Shown one piece after another: positions 26,101 to 37,900 of a stretch of 64,000 nt of DNA. This DNA comes from Leptogorgia sarmentosa. Its lineage: Eukaryota. The stretch lies in the NCBI GenBank assembly GCA_964658305.1, contig OZ210884.1:4898001-4962000 (forward strand). Reading direction: 5' to 3'. A program made the translations under genes and the position numbers. Positions within the stretch are counted from its first letter, which is position 1, and each line of letters begins with the position of its first letter. The notes beneath the pieces were generated by a model. The model saw only the letters and a list, made by a program, of their open reading frames with translations, did no database searches and was not told the origin of the DNA.

Positions 26101-27909
26101 GTGACAAGATGACAAGATCATCTTGCTTAATACATGCGAATTCCAAACATTTAGAAACCACAAACCTCGACAAAATTTCCCATCGCCAGGATAGCCAGGG
26201 AGGCAGGTACATGTATAGTTTCCAGGTTCGTTTGTACAATTCGCGTTAAAATGACACGGATTATTTACATCGCATTCATTGATGTCTAAAATTATATAAT
26301 TATGTAGTCATATTCAGAAATATATATGTTTGTCACAAACAAACATTTCACTCTGGAAGAAAATCTAGTGTTATAATCAATATAATTATTTAGGATGATT
26401 AGATATTTGAGTGAGTACGCACCATCGATATACATGGTGGCCCAGAAAAAAACGAGCCCAGATAGATGATTATGTACTCATTAAAAGCGTAATCGCATTT
26501 TTGTATCATAGCACCTTTGACGAAGTTCGTTTAGTTCTGTCCCTCTGGGATTTATATTGGGTGTACAGTATAAGTAAAACAGAACAGGATAAGTACTGTG
26601 ATACAACAAAGCGATTTCGTTATTAATTATACAGCATTATGCGAGACACCCTGTACATAAATCTTTCATTGGCCACACACGCAACAACATCAGTTGGAAA
26701 TGATGTGAATACTGAAACTACATGAAAGATAATACGTTCTTCATTCGGTAATTGTGTCTGAGACGATGTCCGTTCGACCACACTCAGGGGCTTTCCTTAT
26801 GGAATATGAAGACCTATCCACCCATGGTGCAGGATATGCACATTTTGGTAACATGTTATTGGTTACTCACCCTGACATTCAGTACCATTACCAGTGTAAC
26901 CAGGTTTACATTCGCAACCCTGATATGATCCATTGTTTGCACAAATTGCATCGCGATGGCATTGGTTGATTGGCTCACAAGTCTCTACGAATAGGAAATA
27001 AAAAATTCACTAAGAGTGGATGATAAATTTAACAGGATTCAAGTAATTCTTTCGTACTGATCACCTATTATGATCATTATTATGGCCAAATATATGTTTT
27101 CAGTTTTGGCAGATAACGCGGGCTTCTTTCGCAATTTTTTTATAACTGTAAAACGCAAAAATTCTCCATATTTCGTATACGTAGCTATAGACATACCAGT
27201 TGTGGCGTTTGTCCAGTGGACCATCAATAGAACCACGATGATCGAAAAAAACGATCCCTAAATTAATGCGGTCAAAAGTTATAAATTTTATCTTATGATA
27301 ATAATTATCAGACAAAAGCAATCACGTTAATAATATTACATGTTCACAAAGCTTAATATCCTGAATTGGATAGAAGAAAAAAACAATAAACAATTATTGA
27401 ATGAGGTCGAGTAGGATATGAGGAATTATTAAGGCCGAGGTTTGTGTTATTTGTCGAAGCCGAAGGCTGAGGCAAATAACACAAACCGAGGCCTTAATAA
27501 TTCAGCATATCCTACGAGAACCGAATTCAATAATTGTTTTATAATTTATTTATATCTTTATCAGACTTAGGGTAAACGCATTGTACACAAGAACCTTCTT
27601 TGAGAGAGCCATTTGTATTTTTCAGCTTTTGGCATAAGCAGCATAAATTAGTCGACGTCATAATGTCATATAATTTTCAATATACGACATAATTATGTCA
27701 TAATGTCGTATATGAGGATTTATTGCACTGCTCTTAACCAATCAAAACTTTTGAATTATTTGAAATAAATAATAAAGGATGATACTGGACCTCTCTAAGA
27801 TTTCACGATTAGAAACTAATATTACATTTCATTTTCAGTTTCAGAATTTTTCATTCTGCTAAAATTCATATATGCATAGCTGAGGTTATTGTACCAGTAG
27901 TTGTACCAT
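17163..27909 (-). CDS. Gene A: type I membrane protein, signal peptide - EGF/cbEGF array - SEA - 2x cbEGF - TM - short tail (mucin/HEG1/MUC13-like architecture), about 714 aa, 21 coding exons
   Basis: Phase-consistent GT-AG exons: 27895-27909 (MVQLL), 27197-27257 ([20 protein letters not shown]), EGF-type 26871-26984, 26166-26285, 25849-25959, 24793-24912, 24322-24396, 23510-23629, 22761-22844, 22384-22503, 21903-22019, 21340-21474, 20729-20851. SEA exons 20095-20207, 19836-19903, 18966-19138 ([12 protein letters not shown]). cbEGF 18588-18707, 18115-18231. Micro-exon 17710-17730 (DDGDDGL), TM 17480-17574 ([31 protein letters not shown]), tail 17163-17285 ending [19 protein letters not shown]. 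Exons sum to 2145 nt with no stop. The first exon is the least certain. Confidence 0.85.
19343..19589. mobile_element. MITE family member, copy 1 (a diverged copy lies at about 30660-30863)
   Basis: TIR aggcgatttccagt / actggaaatcagct. It shares the internal cacgtaaaaattgaaatt and atgaaatacagagggatt with 30660-30863. Confidence 0.65.
24119..24310. mobile_element. Tc1/mariner-type MITE
   Basis: TA-flanked TIR (T/C)AGGGTGTCC..AAAA / TTTTTTGGACACCCTG. Related degenerate elements lie at about 14745-15166 and 26433-26653. Confidence 0.65.
25622..25761. repeat. ~140-bp near-perfect palindrome (MITE-like)
   Basis: tttttatcatttatatacccggagcgagggtg ... caccctcgctccgggtatataaatgataaaaa. Confidence 0.8.
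27387..27541. repeat. ~155-bp palindromic MITE-like repeat; related fragments near 38140-38170 and 44347-44414
   Basis: aaacaattattgaat..aattattaaggcc.ggtttgtgttatttg / caaataacacaaaccgaggccttaataatt..attcaataattgttt. Confidence 0.75.
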
Positions 27910-30659
27910 GGGCGTTTAGCTTAAACATTGTATAAATAAAAAAATATAAAAAAGAAATATGAAGTATTCCAAACTAAACAAACTAAAATAAACTAAACTT
28001 CTTTCTCTAAACATTACCACCATGCACACAATAAGACATTTTTCCAATAAAATTAAGGCCGGGTAATTGTTTTCAAAACGAGCAAATAAAGTGCTTTTAA
28101 AGTTTCTGTCTATATCCACCATTAATTTTAAGCCAAATACCTTTGATATAACCGAGCACAGATTTCATTTTTTTTCGCTCTAAATATTATTCCTGATTCC
28201 ATTCCCCCGCTTTCTATTGCTTGATTTGCATATGGCATGTGATAATCGTTCGATAAACAAGAAAGGAATTTTAATGATTTGGTTTGACGTTAATTGAACT
28301 TCAATTATCTTTCACACCGGAAAGGAAACATGGTTGTTCAATTGAAAATTGCAGTCGCTGATTGGTCAAGCTACCTTGAAATATTCACAATATTTACGCG
28401 CTCAATTGCTGCCCAGTTTGTCGGTGTCTCGACGACGAAGTAAATAATTCTAAACTAAACCTTTCAGGTAAAACTAAACGTAGTATTTTCATAATTGTAT
28501 ACTTGAATTGAACTTTGTTTTGTCTGAAAATGTAATTGTGCAAAACCGGTTGTTGGCAATGTTTACAATTCTTATGCTACTTTTTTTACAACAAACGTGT
28601 TTCAGCAATTAATAATTCGAGTTTGAAAAAAATAGATATAGGCTCGTCGAGGTGAAATTCACCATAATCACTGCGTGCAAGCAAAGAATTGTGACAAGAT
28701 TGGTCGACGGCAACGTTTATAATGAACTTCAACTACCTTTTCAAGCAAAAAAGGCGAATTGCTGTTTAATTCTTATTTTAGAGCGAAATTTCTTGTTTTC
28801 TACCAACGTTATAACGTTTACTTTCCGAAATGTTAAATTATTATTAGAGTTTCGCAATTTTTATCAATCAGTTTTTCATTTTTTATATAAGCAATCATGA
28901 ACTATAAATAATTTTTTTTCAAAATTATTATTGTAGCATTTTTATTACCATTTACTGTTAGAATGTATAATGCATAATATATGCAAAATATATGTGTAAA
29001 ATCACAATTGAAAAGAAAAATGCTATTAAAATTGGAGACTTCAATTAATACATGGCTAAGAAAGTTCTGGTATAGCGAATAACAAAATTCTACGTCTCGA
29101 ACAAAAGCTAACAAAGCATTTGCTTGAAATGTTGGACCTGTTTGTATTGCATTGCTAGATTTTTCTTATGCGGTGTATAGGAAAATTCGTGAGGCAAGTT
29201 CAATATATGAATCATCTATCTTGTCACAGCTTTATATACCTGAGGAAGAATACAAACACGCGTTCCAGGTCTCATATTTCTAAGATTTTAATAGCTATAG
29301 GAAAGAAGCTTTTGAGAAAACATTCAGTTCTACTTCTGGTCAGAAGAAAAGTTTTGAAATACGATCTTAAGATTATTACCCGTGACCAGAGAGCATTTAA
29401 ATTTAAAGTCGAAATCAATATCATGGGTAAAGATCGATCCTGAGAACATTTCCTATATTGTACCTAGTATAAAACGATTAATTTATTATGATTTACAATT
29501 CCAGTTTATTATGCATATAAAAAGTATGCATTTACAATTTTTTAAAAATTTATTCCAAATTAACATGGCGTGCGAACTATATATAGCTAGTGCATGTAGC
29601 CTGAGATGTGGGCTTTCTTCAAAAGCAATCCCAATGCATGTCAGCAAGCATGTCTATTGTTTATCGTTTCTAAAGTTGAAGTTTTGAAATTTCAAAACTT
29701 TATTATGAATTCTGGACGCGTATGCAACAAGCATTTTTAATGTTTCTAAAGTTGTTAGAGACTTCTGCCTAAACACTTGCTCATAGACATGGTAAGTTGT
29801 TCAATATTTCTCAACTGTTCCTGTTTCACATTATGCATATACGTGAGCATAATTAACACAAGATTGAGACACATCAACCACCATACAACGTACAACTGAT
29901 CCAAGTACAAAATATACAATAATGAACTTACTTTTCTATTGGGTATTTTGGAGAGGTACATCTTGAATTGGTGTAGAGATCACAAGCCCATCCACGCAAC
30001 TCGAAAGGAATGTGATATATAAACTCAAAAGTACAGCCAAAGTTAAAGTGTTGTTATTTTACCACGCAAATATTATCGTTAAAAGTTTCTTTAAAAAACA
30101 GGAACATGGTGCACTGCAGGAGAGAAAGACATTCTTTCAGAGATATTGTTCTGGTTCAAGTACAATTGAAAATAATTTCCAAATTAATGAAATGATTATA
30201 ATATTGAAAGAACTTTTTTGTTCTCGTCTCTGCTGGACACGAGAACGCTAATTGGCAATGAGGTTGAACGCAGTCTTTTATACACAGAAAGTCTGACATT
30301 TGAGTAAATTTTATTTTTTAAAGTCACAGATTTATTTTCGCCCGTGTACAATATGACAGGAGGCAATTTCATGACACTTGCAAGCAATACAATTACATTT
30401 ATCATCCACTGCAATTACGCCCTTATAGTCCATAATAAATATTTCAGTTAATTATTATCTAGAACTGAACAAGAACTTTTGTCGCACAAGATGGCGGCCG
30501 AGATTTGCCACTATTTTTTTTATTTATATTTAAAAAAAAATTAAATGCCATAAAGTTTTTAGAATCGTGAAATAATGTTCAAAGATCATCGGAAATAGGA
30601 TTCGAAATGTAAAACAGTCGTGAATACTATATTACTAATGCGATAGCTAAGATCGAGTT

Positions 30660-30863
30660 AAGGCTATTTTCCAGTTACGCATTATCCATACGTATGTGTA
30701 TGCACGTAAAATTGAAATTAATAAAATTAACGTTAGTTTCTATACAAGCACATGAATAAAATGTAAAACATCTCGTACTTTGACTTTAGTAATGAAATGA
30801 AATACAGAGGGATTTGGACTTTTACGTACGTGTAAAAACGCATGGAACTGGAATGCAGCTTTA
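30660..30863. mobile_element. MITE family member, copy 2
   Basis: Similar to 19343-19589. TIR aggctattttccagtt / aactggaatgcagctt. Confidence 0.6.
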
Positions 30864-31266
30864 AGGCATTTACTAGCTATCTCATTTACTATTGCTACAT
30901 CTCTTTTTCTGAAGTGTTTCTGGAGCAAAGAAGCCTTTATTGATCGAAGTACGATAAGAAATTACATTTACTGAATATGCGTCGCGAATACACGCTTACA
31001 TATGACATCACGACCACCATATTGGAGATTCAAAACAATAATTATATAAAATGAAAGTCATATGTTTGTGTCTTACATATTTAATGGTATATTGTGAAAT
31101 GAAAATAATAATTATTGTTTTGCGTTATCTTTCTGATGATATTTTAAAATACAGCATACTGTGAAAAGTGCAAAATTCTGAAGAATTAAAATGTTTAACA
31201 ATTGAAACGTTTGTTGACACATAATCTACTAAGAGCCAAACGTGCTCTTTAGGAGGTCAATAATTT

Positions 31267-34200
31267 TCATAAATGAGTTGTGTTCGATGGCACAGGATCG
31301 AGATTGATAGTCGTCGGGTTTTCTGTTTTTGCATAGGCTTGTTGTCGAACCTGAAACGAAATCAACACATTAAAAAAAGTCATGAAAAGCAACACATGAG
31401 ACCGGAAGTTGATGTATTCGTTACGGCCTCGCTATGACGACAATCGTTCGATATCACCCAAGTAGATAAAATTCATCTCCTCGCACCGACGTGTAATATC
31501 TTCTGTATATTGCTTTCGGAAAGCGGCGAACTCCTTTTGAAACCAATCACTGGAGAGTCTTGTGGAAAATGGATTTAATTTCCGCATAATTATCCTCTTA
31601 CAGGAGGGGTAAAAATCCGAAAGACAAATTCTTTTCAATTCCAGCACATTTTCTCGTAGCTACCTCTTGAAGATGTCTTCGTTTCCAAAGCTTGAAGAAG
31701 ACTACCATGCCTATGATGAGCAGTAATACGACCACGATAACAACCACAATAATGATAACCACAGCTATAATATAAAAATTATGACAAATTTTTATTGTTA
31801 TTTGAAGTTAACGTAAACGATAACCACTGCAGTCAAACTATTTTTGGTCCACGGCTTATCCCTTCATGTCAATATAAATATACGCAGGCAAACTAATTCA
31901 TGATGTGCCAATCGAATATATTCAGAATACTCACTAGAATCGCCCGATTCCTCTTTAGTTGTAACCACTATTTCCAGTTTGTCCCCATTGCCTTCATCAT
32001 TATATCCATAAACTGTGATAACATAAAATGTATCACTCTCTAAATCACTTAATACTGAATTTGTGATGTCGCCAACAAATCGCTCGGTCTTGAAAGTGGT
32101 CTCAGCCTCCTTTCTGTGACCAACTGTGTATCCATCAATAACGAACGCAAGATGGGCTCTCGGATTCTTCCATTGTAATTCAATTCGGTTCTCTGTTACG
32201 TCGATATGTTTGAAATCCTCTGGTGCTGGGGGAGGTCCTGTAACAGTTTAAGAGGATAGTTTTTTCCATGTCGCGTATTTTCTACGAAATGTGTTTAAAA
32301 CCTAAAATCTTTTTGGCGTTCCTCCCAAAATCAAATTATTGTATGATTATTGTCTTGACAAAACAGTTTGTTATCTTCAAAACAATGTCTGGGTTTTGAG
32401 AAACTTAAAGGAATATAAAAATATGAGCATCAACGTTCGTATAACCAGAATAAAGCCTAAATTTCAACATGCAAGATTTCAAACGTATGGCGTACCCTCC
32501 AATATTTTTTTTATTCTTGTTTTATATCATTATTAATTTTGGGTATATCCATAAAACTTTTTATGGGAGTCTGCCGACTCAGAAACCTCAAAATTTGAAA
32601 TTTATAGAAGTTTTGATGGCGAGATAGCTACATGACATTCGTTTAATGCGCTATTCTAAACTGGTTTAATGCGCTACTCAAATAATTACGAAGGTCCACC
32701 GTCCAATTGAACACTGAAACGCAACGCTGCAAGATGTTTGAATATTATAGAAATATATAGTTCTGAGGTGAAATGTTTCCGCTGGAGAATGTTTAGATAA
32801 CGATAAAACCAATGCTTGGTGGTAAAAATTCGTCCTCTCTTCAATTTTGTTAATTAAACATGCAATCATTATAACGTAGAGATAACGTGGAAAGGTGAAT
32901 CTCTCAATTCCATCTATTTTTTCGCCTCTGGTTTTGACTAATGAGTGTTATGAGGCTATAAAACTTTTGCTTAGATTTGAAAACATTAAAATCTTATATA
33001 GCTATCAGCGTATTTCTACAGTAAATTGATGCGACCAAGAGAGGAGATTTTATACCTTTAACAACACCACCTGTCACTGGATATCCACCAAGTTTCCCTG
33101 TTTCAATAATTTCTTTTCTCACTTTTTCTCCAACAACAACTTTGGTCATTTTCTGTTGTTGGTAAATAACCACAAACTCAACGATCGTTGACCCATTCCT
33201 ACAAAGTCAGTGGAACGTGGATAAATGAATATTTATTAGGGTTTTTTTGGAAAAGTCTATGCCTGTCGCCATACTTCAATTGACCATAGCAGAAAAGATG
33301 GTGGCATACATTTTGGCTATCAGAATGCATTGCCGTTATTAAATAAATATAGCTAGGTGAAAAAATAATACATGAAGGCTAGGTTAATGGATAAAAATTT
33401 TGAGTGTAATCTAATTATAAAATATCTAATGTTTTGTTTCTGTTTTTTAAAAGACGTTAAAATTTCACACCGCAATGCATTCTGGTAAAATGTAAATTTA
33501 AAAAAATTAAAATAGTTCATGCATGCATACAGGCTCTTTGAAATTACTGAATATAAGCGTTTACCGGAAACGTACAACACGAACTTCTTGGAAGTTTGGT
33601 GTATCTTGAAATATTTCACATAACTTGAAAAAATATGAAATAGCTATATTTAATCTCTGTCAAAACGAAATCCACTCTAATGTAGTTCTTATAAAAGATA
33701 CTGCCTTTCGCATAGTATTATACTTCATTTTTAATCTGTAGCGCCATAATTACCTCTCCAGTAATATTTTGTGCGAATTCTTTATGAGTGGCAGAAGAAC
33801 TGTTTTTTAGATCATTAGTAAACAACTTCTCCAAAGACACTTCAACGCGTATTATGGTAAACTCTGAAATTGAAAAGTTAGGAGATAGGTTGCAGAAGCA
33901 TTGAAAGTGCAGCAGTCAACACTAGACCATTAAAATACTATACCGATACAGCCCGTTCCATTATAGTAATATCCATCGTTACAATGACATAGTATTGTGT
34001 CGACCGTCAACTGTTTGCATTTTGAATTCCCTGTACATTTATCGGATGGACATGTTCCTGTAAAATGTCGAAAAGGTTTAATTTTTCGTATAACTATCAA
34101 GGAAAGTTACATGTACTATGATATAATTTTATTAAAAAACAAGTGTTTCTGAGCGGTCTATCCGCCAAAATACAGTATTTTTGATTGGTTCCTGAGCGAT

Positions 34201-34871
34201 TGGTAACCTGCAGTACGGACCGCTCAGGTTAAGCAGGAAATCTTAAATTTCAAATTGTTGACAGGTTTTTGAAACGAGTTTGAAATGTCTAAGAGTGAGG
34301 ACGAGCCATTAGACACTTTATATTATCCTTTGTTCAAAGCTAGCTAAGTGTTGAATTTTTGTTAACGAGTTTTGTTTATCAAATGAAATTTAAAAACAAT
34401 TTGAATTTGTGAAAATTTGTGACTCCACCGAGCGCAGTATCCTCCAGCACGGACCTCACGCGTACGCTCAGTGAATAACGTATACGTATTAGTATAGGAA
34501 ATTACACGGTTCGAGAAGTATTAATGAAAAATTGCACGCGTGTTTGGCGAAATACCGCGAGTGCGAGTGCACTGCCAATACTGTAATTTCATTGGCTACT
34601 CGCTATCTAATCATCAATTCTTAACGAATTACAATGAACGGCTGTTCAATTATTGTGGTGATGCGGCCCTCATCAACTATCACCTGATGAGTGTGGCAAG
34701 CATCACGCTTGCCATACGAAACAAGCCTGTAGTGAATAAAAATTTGATGAAGTAACTTGTGTTTTTTATTTCTGTTATATCGCTCTGCTTACGCATTGAG
34801 CACTCTATCTATACGATTTTGTACGCGTTAGTTTCTATCACAACGATAGTTTCTACCACTACACTTATCTA

Positions 34872-34912
<41 letters not shown>

Positions 34913-37900
34913 CTGTTTGAAAAATTTGTAATCCAGGCATGTTTATGTTATGAAAAGTGTTCTCCGGATTAAAGTTTTTGTGTTTCACAAGCTTTCAACT
35001 CAAAAACACCACGACATCAACAGAGGATCAAACACCAAACACAACCAACCAATCAACACCGTCCAAAACCAACCAATCAAAACCGTCCAAAACCAACCAA
35101 TCAACGCCCACCAAAATCAACCAATCACCGATCAGACCAACCAACCAATCAGACGCTCGCTACGCCTACGTAATCAAGCACGCATAAAAGCATCCCACCT
35201 CGAACATTCCCACACAACCTGACGAAGACTTGAAGCACCAAGTTGAAAGCTTGTGAAACACAAAAACTTTAATCCGGAGAACACTTTTCATAACATATAT
35301 ATAACTATATATATATAGAAATCTTAGCTTAAATAGTGGAGAACGTTAAGAAATTGTTTCTTATTACTTATTAGTTAGAAGAGATCGGATAAAAAAAGCT
35401 CATTCGAATATCTTTCCAACGATGTACCTTTGGAACTAAATTTAGCTCCTGCCATACTTGTGTTACAAGCACACGAAAATGACCCTTCTGTGTTTCTACA
35501 AACCGCTTGTTCATCGCAGTTGTCTTGGTCAAGTTCGCATTCGTTGATGTCTGTAGGGAAAAAATCACTTTGTGAAAATATTGAACATGTGAGTGTTATT
35601 TAGTGAATGAAAACTTTGCTTGAAAATACTAGGTTGTATACCATCACAACCGAATCCATCTCCCGTCCAACCTTTGTTACATGTGCATGAATATGATCCT
35701 TGTGAATTGGTGCAAGTTGCTTCTTCGTCACAGTTGTGAATGTCAAGCTCACATTCGTTGAGGTCTAAAGCAACAATGATAGTTTTGTGAAGAAAAAAAA
35801 AAGCAATGCGTTAGTTTCGCAAAAATAATATGCATCCGTGGCCAATGGCAGTGGCGGATCAAAAATTAAGAAATTCCGAAAGTAAATTGGATAATTATAA
35901 TAATTTATTGTTTCGTTAAAGAAAATGTCTTCTGAGACGCGTTATTTTTTAAGTTATTTTTGGCATTTTTTTCATTTTTGTTCTCTGATCCTACTAAAAC
36001 TTTTATCAACTATCATCTCATGAAAATCTTGAGCTCGTAATCTAATTGTTAATTGTATACTGGACGGGCTAGCTGGATTATAGAAGCAGTTTGATATCAG
36101 GGCCGTAGCTAGAACGGTAATTCTCAATTCTGGGAGAATGTGTGTATTGACGCTTTGCCCAACGGATTTTTTTTGAAATTAACTCCAAAACATCTTATTT
36201 CAACATGTGATATTTCGACATGGAATTTTTTTACATACCAGTGCAAGTAAACCCATTTCCAGTCCAACCTGATTTACAATGACATGAATATGATGTTCCC
36301 TTGTTTATGCAAGTAGCTTCTCTATCGCATCTATGATTCTCTTTGCATTCATCAATATCTGGTGCTATAAGATAGTAAATGCTCCTAATAGATAGGAAAT
36401 ATATAAATAATCAAGTAGATAGTTAATAATTATGAGAATAACTTATTCTCTGTACCAAATACGTACCATCACAGTTAAATCCATCTCCAGTCCATCCTAT
36501 TCTACATGAACACGAGTATGATCCTATACTGTTAGTGCAAATGGCTGCTGCATGACACTGGGCAAGTTCGAGCAAGCATTCATTAATATCTGAATGTAAA
36601 AACTGTTATCAAAGATGTATCCAAATCACATTCAATAAATAAATTACGTACAATTGTAAACCTCCCTAAAACCAGATATGTTTACAAAACAAGTTGCTAT
36701 ATAACTTTATTAATACACGCTTCAAAAAAGAATATTAAAGCCCAGCAAATAATTTTACTACCACACATACATAGTATCTTTATTTTCGTTCCATACGCAA
36801 AATTTTTGTTACTTCAAAACACATTTCATACAATTGGCGCTCCACATTAATTAAAGTTTTATGCAAACATTTTCGGTAAATATGTTAAAAAAGGCATTAA
36901 TGTAGGTTGGAATAATTATACGAACAAATGTCAACAAATATTGCGTCCAATGGACCGATTGCATAATGGACAAAATCTTTATAAATCTCGAAATAGTACA
37001 ATTCATAGCAACAGCGAGAGCATCCCAAAATTAGTAGAAATGCAAAGTTTGGGGGAGAAATGTTGTAAAATGTGCAAGATATGACCCTATAAAGTTTGCA
37101 AAATTTATATATATGATTTATTTAGTATTACGCACGCAATACGTAATACTAAAAATATACAAAATTTGCAAACTTCACAGGGGTATATGTTTCGCATTTT
37201 ACAACATTTCGCAACCATATTCTGCAATTTTACTAACTTTGGAATGCTATTACATGGGTAGAGCAAACTTCACTAGCTTTCACTGGAGTAGCAATTAAGT
37301 AATGCAATTTAGTAGCAATTTAGTAATTAACACCAATCCATATGTTATGAAAACATAACAATTCCATGACTAAGCACATTTACTAGTAAAATGGCTTAAG
37401 ACTATGTTTATCAATTTTACAGCGTTTTGAATGTCAAAGTAAACGTTCGACAGTTCTGTCGATTATTTCGTTTCTACTATATATAGTATCTTTATTTTCG
37501 TTCCATACGCAAACTTTTTGTTACTTTAAAACACATTTCATACAATTGGCGCTCGGCATTAATTAAAGTTTTATGCAAACATTTTCGGTAAATATGTTAA
37601 AAAAGTAGGTAGGTAGTTAAGTACAATTTGTTAAATATGAAGTTCAAGTCATGCTATTACCTGTACAATTTACACCGTTCCCAGTAAAGCCAATGTTACA
37701 TTCACATGTATATGATCCATCCGTGTTGATACACATTGCATTGTCATCGCAATTGTGTGTGTTAATGTCACATTCATTCACATCTGCAACAGTGAAGAAT
37801 ATATGATCACCGACTGCTAATTGCATAAATCGATTCATTGCCGGAAGCGAAGGTTTTGAGTAAAAAGGCAGAATAATTATACGATAAGTTTGCTTAGAAA

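Noticed and set aside
28141..28168. Alternative first exon MKSVLGYIK for gene A
   Set aside because: It ends in phase 1, which is incompatible with the phase-0 signal-peptide exon.
32796..32825. DNDKTNAWW* on the plus strand as the missing FReD terminal exon
   Set aside because: The spacing is far too short, the cysteines are absent, a stop follows immediately, and it lies 18 kb away; probably chance.
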